From a phage, in sequence record BH153107.1: 213 nucleotides of DNA; one strand, written 5' to 3'. Positions 1 to 213 of this stretch are shown here, one piece after another. The notes below the pieces were generated by a model, which saw only the letters and a program-made list of their open reading frames with translations, was not told where the DNA came from and made no database searches. The position numbers and the translations under genes are program-made. Position 1 is the first letter of the stretch, and each line of letters begins with the position of its first letter.

Positions 1-1
1 C

Positions 2-199
2 ACTTTCCGTAATGCTGAGTCCGCAGAGGAATTTGTTAAACGCTATCCACAACATAACAAGTTCCTGTATGGTGTGCTTCACAAGGGCTTTAAAGTTCTA
101 ACTGTTAATGTTATCCCTAAAGTGTATTTTTGGTCGAAAACTCATGATTATGAGGGTGCGTCAATCATGATTGATGTAAGCGAGCGCAAATACTTTTAA
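2..199 (+). CDS. Hypothetical protein, C-terminal fragment (65 codons plus TAA stop); the 5' end and start codon lie upstream of the window
   Basis: Seen in sequence: frame 2 is open from position 2 to the TAA at 197-199, while every other frame on both strands is interrupted, apart from short shadow ORFs. Under a random model with this base composition, stops occur at roughly 6-7% of codons, so a 65-codon stop-free run has a probability of roughly 1% per frame (back-of-envelope estimate). No in-frame ATG with a Shine-Dalgarno sequence occurs early in the window, so the gene must start upstream. Arg codons are CGT/CGC only (3 of 3) and Lys is mostly AAA (5 of 7). Translation: TFRNAESAEEFVKRYPQHNKFLYGVLHKGFKVLTVNVIPKVYFWSKTHDYEGASIMIDVSERKYF. 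I recognise no diagnostic motif, so the product is left as hypothetical. Confidence 0.65.
   Translation, partial: TFRNAESAEEFVKRYPQHNKFLYGVLHKGFKVLTVNVIPKVYFWSKTHDYEGASIMIDVSERKYF
161..174. repeat. Perfect 14-bp palindrome (inverted repeat) TCAATCATGATTGA embedded in the 3' end of the CDS; possible protein-binding site
   Basis: Seen in sequence: positions 161-174 read TCAATCATGATTGA, which is identical to its own reverse complement (half-sites TCAATCA / TGATTGA, dyad axis between 167 and 168). The flanking bases 160 (G) and 175 (T) do not extend it. That the palindrome exists is certain; the confidence value reflects uncertainty about whether it is functional or a chance occurrence in coding sequence. 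Confidence 0.5.
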
Positions 200-213
200 A
201 CGCATCACTAAAA

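Noticed and set aside
25-30. AGAGGA, a Shine-Dalgarno-like purine run
   Set aside because: No in-frame start codon lies at a suitable distance downstream (TTG at 33-35 is only 2 nt away and in the shadow frame). It simply encodes Glu-Glu (GAG GAA) in the main reading frame.
73-81. TGTGCTTCA, resembling the phage T4 MotA-box consensus (a/t)(a/t)TGCTT(t/c)A of middle promoters
   Set aside because: I cannot establish that this DNA is T4-like. There is no good -10 hexamer at the required distance downstream (only TAAAGT at 91-96, 4 of 6), and the match lies mid-gene, so it is most likely coincidental.
88-95. 8-bp palindrome CTTTAAAG (contains TTTAAA), plus a second TTTAAA at 195-200
   Set aside because: Short AT-only palindromes are frequent in AT-rich DNA and the flanking bases do not extend the dyad. 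It lies mid-gene with no associated promoter-like elements.
1-98. Reverse-strand open frame running from the stop at 99-101 (reverse complement TAG) to the window edge (32 codons, NFKALVKHTIQELVMLWIAFNKFLCGLSITES)
   Set aside because: It is antisense to the stronger + strand ORF, short, and lacks a convincing start or ribosome-binding site. Open antisense frames opposite real genes are common.
12-101. Frame 3 ORF on the + strand, ATG at 12-14 to TAA at 99-101 (29 codons: MLSPQRNLLNAIHNITSSCMVCFTRALKF)
   Set aside because: It is short, lies entirely within the much longer frame 2 ORF, and has no Shine-Dalgarno-like sequence in the 11 nt available upstream. It is most likely an out-of-frame shadow ORF.
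180-187. GCGAGCGC, a GC-rich near-palindrome close to the stop codon that might look like a terminator stem
   Set aside because: The possible stem is only 3 bp with a 2-nt loop, it is upstream of the stop codon rather than after it, and no U-tract follows. It is not a credible intrinsic terminator. Any real terminator would lie beyond the window.
36-203. 8-bp direct repeat TTAAACGC at 36-43 and 196-203, the second copy spanning the stop codon
   Set aside because: A single 8-mer pair is within chance expectation for 213 bp of AT-rich sequence (about 0.3 expected pairs). The copies are 160 bp apart with no surrounding similarity, and nothing indicates a target-site duplication or mobile-element boundary.

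Overview
This 213-bp, AT-rich window (about 38.5% GC by my count) is almost entirely the 3' end of a protein-coding gene on the + strand; I cannot identify the protein family and cannot support any novel system from this window alone. The reading frame runs in phase from position 2 through 65 sense codons to a TAA stop at 197-199, leaving 14 nt of downstream sequence. The predicted C-terminal peptide is TFRNAESAEEFVKRYPQHNKFLYGVLHKGFKVLTVNVIPKVYFWSKTHDYEGASIMIDVSERKYF. I see no rRNA, tRNA, CRISPR repeats, transposon ends or intrinsic terminator. The main signal not explained by coding is a perfect 14-bp palindrome, TCAATCATGATTGA (161-174), inside the last 12 codons, with a partial copy of its core (TCATGATT) 23 bp upstream in a different codon phase. 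A weak sigma70-like promoter candidate overlaps the palindrome and would point into whatever lies downstream. The key next step is to recover the flanking sequence and run homology and structure searches on the full-length protein.
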